A DNA stretch of 58,538 nucleotides from an uncultured virus (IMG/VR IMGVR_UViG_3300028591_000120) (lineage: Duplodnaviria; Heunggongvirae; Uroviricota; Caudoviricetes), in the IMG/VR virus record IMGVR_UViG_3300028591_000120; one strand, written 5' to 3'. The notes under the pieces were generated by a model. It did not search any database, had not been told where the DNA came from, and saw only the letters and a list, made by a program, of their open reading frames with translations. Numbering within the stretch: position 1 is the first letter of the stretch; every line of letters starts with the position of its first letter. Below, one piece after another: positions 1 to 10,244 of the stretch. A program made the position numbers and the translations under genes.

Positions 1-593
1 CTACTATTGAAGCACAAGTTGAACGCGGCGAGCACATATCCGCGACGGAGAGAACTCGACCAATAGTAGCCGCCATTGCCAATGGCGAAAATGATACCAA
101 TTTTAACCCATCCCGCAGCAGGGAAAAACAACACCTTGGAACTGTCAACCTTATCAGTTAAAATGAGTCCGGAAACGCCGCTACCTTGATAATCAGTTGT
201 CCATGCAGTTGTTACAGCTTCACCAAGGGCGGCAAATTCCTGCTTTGTTGGCATTCTCCATCCGCCGCCCCAATTGGCGTAAACCATGTCATCGCATAAA
301 TCCAAAACCATTTTACCGTCGGCAAATTTATACTTTGTCATTGCATAACTTGGCGTTCCAGCGCCGCTGTAATATTTATAATCGTCCAAAGTAAATGCTT
401 TCTGCCTGATTACACCGCTAATATCTGATGCTGTATATCCTTTGGTATCACCCCATTGGAAATACAGGCCTATGTCAGTTACCTTTTTTGCTCCGACATT
501 CATGGTTGCCCACTTAATGCCGGCGATTTCAACGTAGTCATGTCCATTGGCTAAGTACGACTCATATTGACTTAAAAATCCGCCTTTTTTCAT
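1..593 (-). CDS. Fib_succ_major/DUF1566-like protein, C-terminus runs off window
   Basis: Manual translation from ATG 593: MKKGGFLSQYESYLANGHDYVEIAGIKWATMNVGA...GLYFQWGD...WGGGWRMPTKQEF...FFPAAG...GYYWSSS; motifs typical of this Bacteroidota/phage family; promoter TACCTTTG at ~625-632. Confidence 0.7.
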   Translation of the reverse strand, partial: MKKGGFLSQYESYLANGHDYVEIAGIKWATMNVGAKKVTDIGLYFQWGDTKGYTASDISGVIRQKAFTLDDYKYYSGAGTPSYAMTKYKFADGKMVLDLCDDMVYANWGGGWRMPTKQEFAALGEAVTTAWTTDYQGSGVSGLILTDKVDSSKVLFFPAAGWVKIGIIFAIGNGGYYWSSSLRRGYVLAAFNLCFNS

Positions 594-756
594 TTTGCTA
601 TCTATTATTTGCTATTTTACGTTGCAAAGGTAATAATTTTCTATAATATCTGCAAATTTTTCATGTTAATATTTGCTAATTCGGCATGTTTTGTTATTTT
701 TTATATATGAACTACTTTGATAATGTAGAAAATAAATTAAATGAAATTCTAAAACA

Positions 757-1497
757 ATGTTAGAAAGAAATAAAATATACTGTATAGATGTAATGGAAGG
801 TCTTAAGCAATTAGATGACGAATCAGTGGATTTAATCATAACAAGTCCACCATACAATAAAACCGGATTTAATTCATATAGCACAAATGGCAAGAGAAAG
901 GGAGATATATGGAACAAGGCCATATTGTATGGTGGCAATGCCAATCTTGATAATATGCCGGAGGAAGAATATGAGAAATGGCAAATTGAATTTTTGAATG
1001 AATGCTTCAGGGTATTGAAGAAAGATGGTTCAATGTTTTATAATCACAAGGTGAGGGTAAAGAAAAATAAAATTTCATTTCCCCTTGAGTGGATTAATAA
1101 ATCGAAGTTTATTAACAGGCAAATCATTGTGTGGGATAGAAGCAGTTCAATGAATATGGATAGATGTAGGTATATACCTTCCACGGAATATATATTTTGG
1201 CTTATTAAGGAAAGGAAGAATCCAAGGTTTAAAAGGGATAATAATGCTCAATTTATATCTGAGGTGTGGAAGTTTGCTCCGGATAAAAATAATGAACATC
1301 CAGCACCATTCCCAATAACATTACCAGATAATATCATACCAAGCGTTGCACAAGGCGAAAGAATATTGGTTCTTGACCCATTCATGGGCGGCGGAACGGT
1401 TGCTTTATCAGCAAAGAAGCATGGCTGCGATTATATTGGATTTGATATTGTACAAGAATATGTGGATATGGCAAATGAAAGAATAGAAAAATCCTAG
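757..1497 (+). CDS. DNA methyltransferase, N4-C/N6-A beta class
   Basis: DLIITSPPY catalytic motif, HPAPFP, and LDPFMGGGT SAM-binding motif in beta order. Confidence 0.9.
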   Translation: MLERNKIYCIDVMEGLKQLDDESVDLIITSPPYNKTGFNSYSTNGKRKGDIWNKAILYGGNANLDNMPEEEYEKWQIEFLNECFRVLKKDGSMFYNHKVRVKKNKISFPLEWINKSKFINRQIIVWDRSSSMNMDRCRYIPSTEYIFWLIKERKNPRFKRDNNAQFISEVWKFAPDKNNEHPAPFPITLPDNIIPSVAQGERILVLDPFMGGGTVALSAKKHGCDYIGFDIVQEYVDMANERIEKS

Positions 1498-1516
1498 GCG
1501 ATTAACCTAGGATTTT
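1488..1516 (+). terminator. Intrinsic terminator hairpin
   Basis: AAAATCCTAGG-CGATTAA-CCTAGGATTTT inverted repeat overlapping the stop codon. Confidence 0.6.
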
Positions 1517-1600
1517 ATAAGTTTTTTTCGTCCATACAACTATTTTACGTTAATATTTGTTAAATGGCTAATATTTATTATTAACAAATTAATTAAGATT

Positions 1601-1927
1601 ATGGAAGAAAAGAAAATAGTAAAAAATCCGTTGGATGATTATCAGCTTCTACAGGAGCCCGTATCCGGTGGCTCATATTTTTTTGCCAATACAGATGATT
1701 TTGGCGTAGAAACTACAAAAACCTTAGAAGGCACAGCAAAAGCATACATTGAAAATGAAAAAACAGGAGAACCAGGCGTTGTTACCGGAGAACCTTTAAA
1801 TGCAATACCAAGAAGCGACTTGGATAAATATACGTATGATAATACGTCTAATGTATATTTTTACCCGGAATATACATATGAAGAAACTAAAAAATCAGGA
1901 AATACAGATACAAATATAGGCGGATAA
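1601..1927 (+). CDS. hypothetical protein
   Basis: 108-aa ORF preceded by the ATATTTAT motif. Confidence 0.65.
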   Translation: MEEKKIVKNPLDDYQLLQEPVSGGSYFFANTDDFGVETTKTLEGTAKAYIENEKTGEPGVVTGEPLNAIPRSDLDKYTYDNTSNVYFYPEYTYEETKKSGNTDTNIGG

Positions 1928-2063
1928 ATAAAGGGAATTATATACCTGTTGACACAATCTCCCTTTTCTGAATAAAAATACAAAAATGAGGAATTGTTTA
2001 TGCAACTCCTCATTTTTTTTGCATATCTACTGATATTTATATAAAAATAAAATTAAAGATTAT

Positions 2064-3353
2064 ATGAAATATTTAAAACTATTTGAAACAACAGCTGAGT
2101 ATGAAGAAGTTAGGCAAAACTTAGTTTTGCCTAACGTATCTCTATGTGAGGATGCTCCAACTACCGTGCATTACAGTCCTTATGCGCATGATTATTCCCA
2201 AGACTACTTGACATTCGTTGCATTAAGCCAAGGCACAATAACAATAAATTATGATGAAGTTGATGGCTCTCCAACTACCATTTCATACAGCACAGATGAT
2301 GGTACAACTTGGACTCAAATAACAACAACCACAGAACCATATACCATAACGACCCTTAATGTTGGTGACAAATTACTTTTAAAAGGAAATAATTCAAGTT
2401 ATTATTATAGTGCTATAATTGGAGGAACTGCCACATTTGAAGTTTGCGGCAACATAATGTCCTTAATCTATGGAGATAACTTTGTCGGGCAAACAACTCT
2501 AACAGAAAGCGATACTTTCGATTCATTTTTTTATGGTAACATTAATCTTATAAGTGCTGAAAATCTTGTATTACCCGCTACAACGTTAGCAAGCCTCTGT
2601 TATAGTAGTATGTTCGCTGGTTGCACCTCGTTAACGACGGCGCCTGTATTAAATGCTACAACGTTGGCAGACAACTGTTATAATAGTATGTTCAAAGGTT
2701 GCACCTCGTTAACGACAGCGCCTGAATTACCTGCTACAACGTTGGCAAACGGCTGCTATGATTATATGTTCGCTGTTTGCACCTCGTTAACGACAGCGCC
2801 TAAATTACATGCTACAACGTTGGCAAGCTACTGTTATAGTAGTATGTTCCAAGGTTGCACAAGTTTGACTTCAGCACCTGAGTTACCTGCTACAACGTTG
2901 GCAAACTCCTGTTATTATCAGATGTTCTATGGTTGTACAAGTCTAACGACAGTGCCTAAATTACCTGCTACAACGTTAGCAAGAGAATGTTATAGTAATA
3001 TGTTCCAAGGTTGCACCTCGTTAACAACAGCGCCTGAATTACCTGCTACAACGTTGGCAAGCTACTGTTATAATAGTATGTTCGCTGGTTGCACCTCGTT
3101 AACGACGGCGCCTGAATTACCCGCTACAACGTTAGCAGACTCATGTTATAATATTATGTTCAATGGTTGTAGTAAGTTGAACTATATTAAGGCAATGTTT
3201 ACCACAGAACCACGTTCAAGTTATATGCTTAATTGGGTGAATGGCGTTGCAAGTAGTGGCACATTTGTTAAAAACAGCGCTGCAACGTGGACAAGTAATT
3301 GTGGACCATCAACTTATCCATGCAATTGGACAGTTAAGACAGCATCAAGTTAA
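2064..3353 (+). CDS. BspA-like leucine-rich-repeat protein (possibly virion-exposed)
   Basis: Eight 26-aa repeats LPATTLAxxCYxxMFxGCTSLTTAPE. Confidence 0.85.
   Translation: MKYLKLFETTAEYEEVRQNLVLPNVSLCEDAPTTVHYSPYAHDYSQDYLTFVALSQGTITINYDEVDGSPTTISYSTDDGTTWTQITTTTEPYTITTLNVGDKLLLKGNNSSYYYSAIIGGTATFEVCGNIMSLIYGDNFVGQTTLTESDTFDSFFYGNINLISAENLVLPATTLASLCYSSMFAGCTSLTTAPVLNATTLADNCYNSMFKGCTSLTTAPELPATTLANGCYDYMFAVCTSLTTAPKLHATTLASYCYSSMFQGCTSLTSAPELPATTLANSCYYQMFYGCTSLTTVPKLPATTLARECYSNMFQGCTSLTTAPELPATTLASYCYNSMFAGCTSLTTAPELPATTLADSCYNIMFNGCSKLNYIKAMFTTEPRSSYMLNWVNGVASSGTFVKNSAATWTSNCGPSTYPCNWTVKTASS
2570..3185 (+). repeat. Coding tandem repeat, ~8 x 78 bp
   Basis: GCTACAACGTTRGCA and GGTTGCACCTCGTTAACGAC recur at 78-bp spacing. 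Confidence 0.9.
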
Positions 3354-3597
3354 TGTGATACGCATACGTAAAGGATAGTTCAAAAGGACTATCCTTTCTT
3401 TATGCACTAACCTTATTGCGCATGTACCAATGGAAGTATACGTTACGTGAGAATACCGTATACTCAGTATCTTTATTCAGTAAAAGGTGAGCTTGTGTCA
3501 ACAGGTATATAGTTCCTTTTTTTCATAAAAAAAACGCATGATATTTTTTATAAATATCACGCATTTGTTAAAATCCCTCTATCAAGATAACTTTATT

Positions 3598-4086
3598 TTA
3601 TCCTTGTTCAATTAACCATTTTCTTGTTTCATCCAAAACCTTTCCTAATAGATTTTGTCCCTTCCAATTTTTTTCATCATTTATCAATGGGTCATCTTCT
3701 GTCATTTTAATGCCCCATATAGCATCAAATTTTGATGCTTCACAGAATTTCTTTCCGTTTAATTCCGGATTGAGAATTAATTCTTTTAGATGCTTATTTT
3801 GGGAGTATTTTGCTTTATTGGCCTCAAGCATCACGTTATAGCGAATCTCATTCCAGACCTTATCGTCATAGTTCTTAACTTCCCGGCCCAAGTCTTTTGC
3901 CTTGCGTGGGTCTTTTGTTTTAAGGATTTTCTCTGCTGTTTCATGGTCATCAAATGTCATTGCTTTAATGTACATGAAATACTGCTCGGCATTATAGAAA
4001 TGATGCCCATTAATATCAAATTCTGAGTGCTCCCAATTGCTTGGCCATCCTCCCCAGAAGAATATGTATTTATCAGTTACTTTCAT
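3598..4086 (-). CDS. NADAR (YbiA-like) family protein
   Basis: FFWGGWPSNW, AEQYFMYIKA..F.D, AKDLGR.V, EAS..D.IWGI and GQNLLGKVL motifs. Confidence 0.92.
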   Translation of the reverse strand: MKVTDKYIFFWGGWPSNWEHSEFDINGHHFYNAEQYFMYIKAMTFDDHETAEKILKTKDPRKAKDLGREVKNYDDKVWNEIRYNVMLEANKAKYSQNKHLKELILNPELNGKKFCEASKFDAIWGIKMTEDDPLINDEKNWKGQNLLGKVLDETRKWLIEQG

Positions 4087-4146
4087 ACTTTTTTAATTCT
4101 TTTTCTACAGTTTCCCTGTTATAGAAAGATTTGGTAACTACAAGTT

Positions 4147-4326
4147 TCATTGTTGTTCACTGCTTAATTCTAATAACATTAACAAGGTCAATGCGCTAGT
4201 TAAGAATGCGCTTGCAGCAAGCCAAAAGGTGGCTTTAACGATAAATCTTTTTTGATATAAAAGAAAAACGTAAGTGCCGTTTGCTATCATAAGCGCATAT
4301 GCAATTAATAAGCTTATTACAGACAT
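4147..4326 (-). CDS. small membrane protein (59 aa)
   Basis: Manual translation MSVISLLIAYALMIANGTYVFFYIKKRFIVKATFWLAASAFLTSALTLLMLLELSSEQQ; two hydrophobic segments; start overlaps the upstream stop. Confidence 0.5.
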   Translation of the reverse strand: MSVISLLIAYALMIANGTYVFLLYQKRFIVKATFWLAASAFLTSALTLLMLLELSSEQQ

Positions 4327-5201
4327 TATGACAAAATTATATCGTTAAACGGTTTAAAATTTCCATTGGGGTTATGTGCCCTATAAGAGTTCTTATCATC
4401 GATAATGGCGAATACCAATGCGCTAAATTTATCGCAATATTCTTTAGACATTATAACTTCTTTAAATATTGATGCCATTTCTTCAGGAGGAATACCATAA
4501 GCACCGCATCCGAATGCGCCCAAAATAACTGAATCGTTGTCATTTGCAAGTGCTATGTTAAGCATATGTTCCACTTTCCGTTTGAGCACTATCTTTGTTC
4601 GATGTTCTAATTTCCTGCCGTCAAGCAATGTTGGCTTTTTGATGGCTGCAATGGTGATAACGTCAATGGTATATGGTTCTTCTAGCAATTCATAGTTTTT
4701 ATCTTCTCCAGCTCTAAACACGGTTATTGATGGCGAATAAATTGCCCCATAGTTTAGATTAAGAGGATAATGTTTATCTGTGCTATTTGTAAGGTTATAT
4801 TCTTTGGAAAGCGTTTCATCAAATCTAAAAATGCTTTCAAATAGATTTGAACGCCTGCAAATATTTTCTTCTTGTGCAGCAGAGCCATTTCTTACGCCTC
4901 CTCCTGGGTGCACAAATGATGCATTGTTAATAACAGCCGGATGCAAACCATTGTTAATGAGTTCTTTTGCTGCATATAGGCAATCTTGATTTACAACCGT
5001 AATTCTTGTGTTACAATGACATCTGGTTTCAAAATCTATTTGCTTTTTAATGTCATTATCATACATAATAGCATCATCGATTGTTTTTCCATTAACTTCT
5101 TTGTTAATGTAAACAAATTCTCCTTTTTTATTTTTATATTTTCCGGAAGAAACAATCTTTACGGTTTCGTTGAATATTTTTATTCTATCTTCTCTATCCA
5201 T
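4326..5201 (-). CDS. TIGR02452-type macrodomain / bacterial PARG-like ADP-ribose hydrolase
   Basis: NNAS..HPGGG..NG..AQEE..CRRS and ILGAFGCGAYG signature motifs. Confidence 0.9.
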   Translation of the reverse strand: MDREDRIKIFNETVKIVSSGKYKNKKGEFVYINKEVNGKTIDDAIMYDNDIKKQIDFETRCHCNTRITVVNQDCLYAAKELINNGLHPAVINNASFVHPGGGVRNGSAAQEENICRRSNLFESIFRFDETLSKEYNLTNSTDKHYPLNLNYGAIYSPSITVFRAGEDKNYELLEEPYTIDVITIAAIKKPTLLDGRKLEHRTKIVLKRKVEHMLNIALANDNDSVILGAFGCGAYGIPPEEMASIFKEVIMSKEYCDKFSALVFAIIDDKNSYRAHNPNGNFKPFNDIILS

Positions 5202-5203
5202 AG

Positions 5204-5404
5204 TTATTTATAATTAACAATGTTATGCCTGTTTTCCCTATATTCATCTTCAACGAGAGTGCCAAACAAATATATTGTAAATATAAATGTTACAATGCCA
5301 AACATGAAAAGCCACCATTTTTCCACATAGTCTATGGTTTTCTCAGCCGCTATAAACATATAAACAGCCAATATAGAACAAATTATTACAGCTATAATGC
5401 CCAT
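5204..5404 (-). CDS. small membrane protein
   Basis: Two hydrophobic helices, tight operonic spacing. Confidence 0.6.
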   Translation of the reverse strand: MGIIAVIICSILAVYMFIAAEKTIDYVEKWWLFMFGIVTFIFTIYLFGTLVEDEYRENRHNIVNYK

Positions 5405-5406
5405 AT

Positions 5407-5622
5407 TTAAATAATGTTTTCAATGTCATCACAAGCATCTTTTATAAACCCCTTTTCAAGTGCGCTATTAGCCATTCTTAGGTGCGTAGCAACGTTAAAA
5501 AGTGTTGAGTCAGATAATGTAGCATCGACCTTTTTATATGCCTCCAGATTGCTTTTAATATTGCCCAGCAAGTTATCTACTGTTGAGCGTAAGTCTTCAT
5601 TAAGATTCCCTGTATTTTCCAT
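5407..5622 (-). CDS. hypothetical protein
   Basis: ORF in a tightly packed minus-strand operon. Confidence 0.6.
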   Translation of the reverse strand: MENTGNLNEDLRSTVDNLLGNIKSNLEAYKKVDATLSDSTLFNVATHLRMANSALEKGFIKDACDDIENII

Positions 5623-5762
5623 TTTTTATTAAATTATTCATTTCTTTTTCAAAATACATACATTGCTCTGGTGTGACGTTATCAATCCATTCATCAACAT
5701 AATGTCGATATTTATTAAAGCAATGCATTAAAAATCTAAATTTTAGATATTTTCTAAGTCTT

Positions 5763-6035
5763 TCATTCATCTATTGATTTGTTTATAAAGTTTTGTAACT
5801 CACTGAACTTATCTGTACATTCGTCAAAATCCATAGTTTCTCTGAATTCAAATTCCTGTATTGAACTTGATAAATTGCCGTCTGGTAAAGTTTCTGCATT
5901 GTGCTCTACCGTCACCACGAAACCTTTTAAAAAACAGCCGGTCATGATGCTAATTCCTACCTTGCTGCCGAATGTCTTTTTCTGAATTTCTTGGGCTTCG
6001 CTTAAAATGTATTTTAATTGTTTTTCAGTAACCAT
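5763..6035 (-). CDS. hypothetical protein
   Basis: First ORF downstream of the TACCTTTG promoter at ~6059-6066. Confidence 0.65.
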   Translation of the reverse strand: MVTEKQLKYILSEAQEIQKKTFGSKVGISIMTGCFLKGFVVTVEHNAETLPDGNLSSSIQEFEFRETMDFDECTDKFSELQNFINKSIDE

Positions 6036-6222
6036 CTTTATTCTTTTATTTTATGATGCAAAGGTAATAAATAAAAGCAACATGTGCAAATTATTTATGT
6101 TAAAAAACGTTAAAAGGGATAGCTATTGCATAAAACAGCCGCTATCCCTTCATGTCAAAGGTAAAAAGATATATTCCTATTCATAAGGTTAAATATGTCA
6201 ATACTTTGGGCTCTACGTGTTC

Positions 6223-6828
6223 TTAACAGTATAATTTGTAATCTACAATTGTTTTAATAACTGATAATGGAGCAAGCGGATAAATGTTTTTCCCTTCTTT
6301 TATTAGGTTTCTAATTTTTGTAGAAGATACATTCAAAGGTTCTGTTGTTATTTTTTTACATAAATATTGTTTGGCATCTGGTCCTATTACAGAATAAACA
6401 TCACTACTTTCTCCTTTATTTTCCTCGTCTCTAGTGACGGTTATTATAGAATAGAATGGTAATATTTCTGTAAGGGCATTTTTCCAATATGGAATTTTGT
6501 CGGCCGTATCAGTTCCACATATTATATAGAGTTCATCATCTTTATATATTTCTCTAAAATAATTTAATGGCTTATTTGATGTAAACGGAGGCTTAAACGT
6601 TGCCTCTATTGCTGAAACTTCGCATCTATCCCCAAATGGGGCAATGGCGTTTTTAGCCATTTCAGCTCTAATATATAAAGGAGCAGGTTCTTCCTTTTTC
6701 CAAGGATTATGGCCAGATGGAACAACTATCACCTTATCAATTAGATTGCTATCAAGAACTTCCCTAATTATGTTTAAGTGCCCTATATGTATTGGGTCAA
6801 AACTGCCCATAAAAAAGCCTATTTTCAT
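6223..6828 (-). CDS. nadD: nicotinate/nicotinamide-nucleotide adenylyltransferase
   Basis: GSFDPIHIGH (HxGH), YIICGTD and VSSTKIR motifs. Confidence 0.9.
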   Translation of the reverse strand: MKIGFFMGSFDPIHIGHLNIIREVLDSNLIDKVIVVPSGHNPWKKEEPAPLYIRAEMAKNAIAPFGDRCEVSAIEATFKPPFTSNKPLNYFREIYKDDELYIICGTDTADKIPYWKNALTEILPFYSIITVTRDEENKGESSDVYSVIGPDAKQYLCKKITTEPLNVSSTKIRNLIKEGKNIYPLAPLSVIKTIVDYKLYC

Positions 6829-6842
6829 GTTATTTATGATAT

Positions 6843-7568
6843 TTAGTCATAACAACTGTATCTATAATTTTCATAGTAATAATCGTCTTCATATGCCCCT
6901 TGTCTATATGGCGTATATCCGCCATTTTGAGGATATACTACAGTTCCTCTATATGTACTAAATGAATATTTCAGCCTATCACACTCGGCCAAAACAAGTT
7001 CTTTATGTTCAATGGTAATGGGGCCAATTGGCTCTCTTTGCGCCCAATCATGATTAACAGACAGGGTAATGGTTTTTCTTTTAACCGTTTGAGTAGACGG
7101 TGTGTTTTGATTGCCACGGTTATAATAGGAGTTATGGCCATATTTGCTGGAGCTATTATGCTTAAAATAATCGTCTTCATCAAGCATAATTCTTTCTCCG
7201 GGGGCTAACTTGCGTAAGGAACACTTAATATCATCCCATGCAAGTTTCTGCTCATCTGCCAATATTCTGAGGGCATTGTTCTTTTCGTCTTCAGTACAAA
7301 GCCTCCAGAATGCCATGTCTGAAGCTTGTAATGTATATTCGCAAGTTGATTCTCCATCCAAATCAAATTCAAGTATCTTTTCTTTATCACCCCACGTGCC
7401 GTCATCATTTTGAGTATAGTGTGATGGGTTATAATAGCAAATAAGCGAATAATCTATTTCATCACCTTTCTTAATGGGTTCAAATTCTTGTCCTCCATAT
7501 ATAGCAAATGTTTTTGGATATGCCATTTGGGTGATAAAATCTCCCTTTTTGAATTTAATATTGTCCAT
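6843..7568 (-). CDS. hypothetical protein
   Basis: 241-aa ORF in operon. Confidence 0.7.
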   Translation of the reverse strand: MDNIKFKKGDFITQMAYPKTFAIYGGQEFEPIKKGDEIDYSLICYYNPSHYTQNDDGTWGDKEKILEFDLDGESTCEYTLQASDMAFWRLCTEDEKNNALRILADEQKLAWDDIKCSLRKLAPGERIMLDEDDYFKHNSSSKYGHNSYYNRGNQNTPSTQTVKRKTITLSVNHDWAQREPIGPITIEHKELVLAECDRLKYSFSTYRGTVVYPQNGGYTPYRQGAYEDDYYYENYRYSCYD

Positions 7569-7570
7569 GT

Positions 7571-7903
7571 TTATTTACCTTTTGAATATGAAAACGAGTG
7601 GTCAATTGAAAAATTATATAAGTACAATAACTTTTTATTTAGTATGTCAGTCCAAAGCTGAACGCCCGGATATGCAGATGGAATTGTTGTGCCATTCTTT
7701 GTGATGCGGTAAACATATGTGCGTTTCATGCTTTTGCCTACCTCTACCTCAACCTCCATTTTATAATCTTCGCACTGTTCGGCTTTTATTTGGCATAGCA
7801 TATCAAGAAAAGCAGGTGCACTATCTATTGTACCTATAAATTCCTCTTTATAGAATACTTTTCCAATTAAGCCTTTGTTTGGGTTATAATCTATATTTAT
7901 CAT
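7571..7903 (-). CDS. hypothetical protein
   Basis: ORF directly downstream of the TATATTTG promoter (~7908-7915). Confidence 0.65.
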   Translation of the reverse strand: MINIDYNPNKGLIGKVFYKEEFIGTIDSAPAFLDMLCQIKAEQCEDYKMEVEVEVGKSMKRTYVYRITKNGTTIPSAYPGVQLWTDILNKKLLYLYNFSIDHSFSYSKGK

Positions 7904-7965
7904 TTCTGCAAATATACAATAAAATACTTACAAATAAAAGAAAATGAAGTTAAACAATGTTAAAT

Positions 7966-8340
7966 TTACCAATCAGTTTCTTCCATTATTATTGAATGCA
8001 AGTTTTCAATACTGCTTTTCTTCAAGTAAGACTTTTTAGAAATAGCCATATATGACTTCAAGACTTTGTTTAACTCATCTTCATTATTATAAGGTCCAAT
8101 CCAAATCGTATTTTTCCATTCTTTATGTTGAGCATATACCTTTCCATTTTTATCTGTGCGTTTTACAAAACAGTCCGGCGTCAATGGAAGTTCAAACCAT
8201 TTAGGTTCTTTCTTAAGTATTGTTACTTTGTTTTCCTTTTTCTTAGGAAGATGCGAGGCTGCTTTTTTCCTAGCTTTAAGAGCCTCCAAATCAAATATAC
8301 TTTCCATTTTAGTTATGTCTATACTGCTCTTTTCCTGCAT
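7966..8340 (-). CDS. hypothetical protein (start uncertain)
   Basis: Track ORF trimmed to MQEKSS to avoid a long overlap with 8309..8569. Confidence 0.55.
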   Translation of the reverse strand: MQEKSSIDITKMESIFDLEALKARKKAASHLPKKKENKVTILKKEPKWFELPLTPDCFVKRTDKNGKVYAQHKEWKNTIWIGPYNNEDELNKVLKSYMAISKKSYLKKSSIENLHSIIMEETDW

Positions 8341-8569
8341 ATTTTTCATACAGCTCCCTCCAAAAATGGTCGCCCTCCTTAGTTTCTCTCCAATTAAAAG
8401 AACATAATAACAAATGCGTTGCGTCTTCTTTATAAATTGAAAGCATTTCTTTATCTCTTTCAATTAAAAAATTTTTTATGTATTCTTTGTAGACGCCTTC
8501 ATCTTTAATATATCTAAAGAAGTGCTTTAATGTTTTTTTGTCTTTTCTCCGATGCTTCAGTTTGTCCAT
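8309..8569 (-). CDS. small paralog-family protein (F.RYLK.EG...F.W...W)
   Basis: Shares FFRYIKDEG...SFNW...HFW pattern with ORFs at 38146, 39159 and 40129. Confidence 0.65.
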   Translation of the reverse strand: MDKLKHRRKDKKTLKHFFRYIKDEGVYKEYIKNFLIERDKEMLSIYKEDATHLLLCSFNWRETKEGDHFWRELYEKYAGKEQYRHN

Positions 8570-8661
8570 AAAGCTTTTTTATTTAAAAATACCTACGGTA
8601 AATATACAAAAAAAACGTGAGAAAAATAAACTTCTCACGTTAAATGTTGTTAAATGATTTT

Positions 8662-9444
8662 TTATCTTTTTGATGTCTTTTGCTTAGACTTTATATTTTT
8701 TTGGTTTGACATGTTGCTTGGCTGCGCGGTTGTTGTTTGATATGAATACTGTGGGTTAATAACTGTGCCGGTTGCGTTGTTATATGCATAGCCATTAAAA
8801 TTGTTCATTGACGCGTTATTTGGCTGTTCTGTTTTCTGCGCATTTGTGGCTTCTTTGCCTGTGGCTTGATTAGGTGCATCGCCTGGTTGCTCCGTTTGTT
8901 TTGCGTTGGGGGCTTCTTTATTTGCAAGGTAATATTTACCATATTCTGAGCTTAAGAATTTGTTTGTGCTCATGTTTTTTATTGCAGTATTAAATGGCTG
9001 AGTCGTAATATTATAGTATATATAGTTATTTATGTTAGTAACTCTTTTTTCTAATTTACCCCCTTTAAAAAACTTCATCAAGTAACTATCAAAATTATCA
9101 TATGTACAATATTTTTTAATATACTCTGAAGGGCCATCATTTTTTGAGTGCCAATCAGATGGACTATAATATCGTTGCATTGAGTATTGTAGCCACCTTA
9201 AATGATAACTGAACCATTTTCCAAGATAAAATAGTTCTGTCCCTTTTCCGTTTCCATTTACGTATTGGCCAAACTTTCTATTCCATTCTCCATTTGTGGC
9301 TTTATCCATATATGCTTTAACGCCATTCCATGCAAATTGTCCGGCGGCCTTCACACCATCCCATAGTCCGGCTTCCTGAAGAATGAATTCGTTAATTGAT
9401 TCATTTAACGCCTGTCTAATTATATAATCTTGTCTATTATTCAT
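8662..9444 (-). CDS. hypothetical protein with low-complexity C-terminus
   Basis: Likely start MNNRQ at 9444, preceded by the GATATTTATA motif; NAxxTEQP occurs twice. Confidence 0.65.
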   Translation of the reverse strand: MNNRQDYIIRQALNESINEFILQEAGLWDGVKAAGQFAWNGVKAYMDKATNGEWNRKFGQYVNGNGKGTELFYLGKWFSYHLRWLQYSMQRYYSPSDWHSKNDGPSEYIKKYCTYDNFDSYLMKFFKGGKLEKRVTNINNYIYYNITTQPFNTAIKNMSTNKFLSSEYGKYYLANKEAPNAKQTEQPGDAPNQATGKEATNAQKTEQPNNASMNNFNGYAYNNATGTVINPQYSYQTTTAQPSNMSNQKNIKSKQKTSKR

Positions 9445-9524
9445 AATAAAAATATAACATTTTATATAAATATCAGACAAAAACAAAAATGGTAGGCATA
9501 AGCCTACCAAATATTGTTAGGGAA

Positions 9525-9941
9525 TTATATATCTTCAATTGTTACCTTTTCTGTTGTAATACCCATCTCTTTTAGATTTTCATCATACAGATACAGTATC
9601 ACCTCATAAAGGCTATCATATATTTCTCGCATTTTCTTTTGCGTATATTTCTTTTGTGCTTCTTTGAGAACGGTCACTGCTTCAACCTCTATAAATTTCA
9701 TTTTATATGGCTCAAGCTTAGTCTTCAGCGCACACAAAGAATCGACCCAGGATAGCGTTTTACCCACATAACCCAAATATTCTGCAAACATTAAGAAAAG
9801 AGGGGCAGAAATGGTATATTTCTTCTGTGCTTCTGCAAGCTTTTCAAGCGACTTCAAATCCCCTTCATAGTTCGTATTTTCACTAACAGCCGTTTGGGTA
9901 GCGGTGCTGCCGTTGTTTTGCAAATTTTTTTCGTTTTCCAT
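9525..9941 (-). CDS. hypothetical protein
   Basis: 138-aa ORF. Confidence 0.65.
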   Translation of the reverse strand: MENEKNLQNNGSTATQTAVSENTNYEGDLKSLEKLAEAQKKYTISAPLFLMFAEYLGYVGKTLSWVDSLCALKTKLEPYKMKFIEVEAVTVLKEAQKKYTQKKMREIYDSLYEVILYLYDENLKEMGITTEKVTIEDI

Positions 9942-9944
9942 TAT

Positions 9945-10157
9945 TTACCAATTATTATATTCTGTTATATCTTGTATTTTTTTGCAATGATTGCATCTTA
10001 TAGAGATTGTAGTTCCAACACCTCCGGGCGTCACAATATATGAAAACTGATATGTCCCATCTGTGCCACTTGGCATTTCTTTTGCACAGTGTGAATGGTC
10101 AGCTTTAAATTTTTTGACCAATTCCTCTTGTCCATCTGTAAGCTTAAATACCCTCAT
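9945..10157 (-). CDS. small Zn-ribbon-like protein
   Basis: H..C ... TPGGVG ... CNHC motif. Confidence 0.6.
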   Translation of the reverse strand: MRVFKLTDGQEELVKKFKADHSHCAKEMPSGTDGTYQFSYIVTPGGVGTTISIRCNHCKKIQDITEYNNW

Positions 10158-10244
10158 ATTTAATAAAAAATTTCAGGCATTTTACTATAATCTACTTTGA
10201 CTGTGGCGTTTTTCTTGGCCACTTTGCTTTCATCTTTGGAAGCA

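Noticed and set aside
9465..9474. T4-type late promoter TATAAATA
   Set aside because: The match is antisense to the adjacent gene; the sense motif is ATATTTAT, reported separately.
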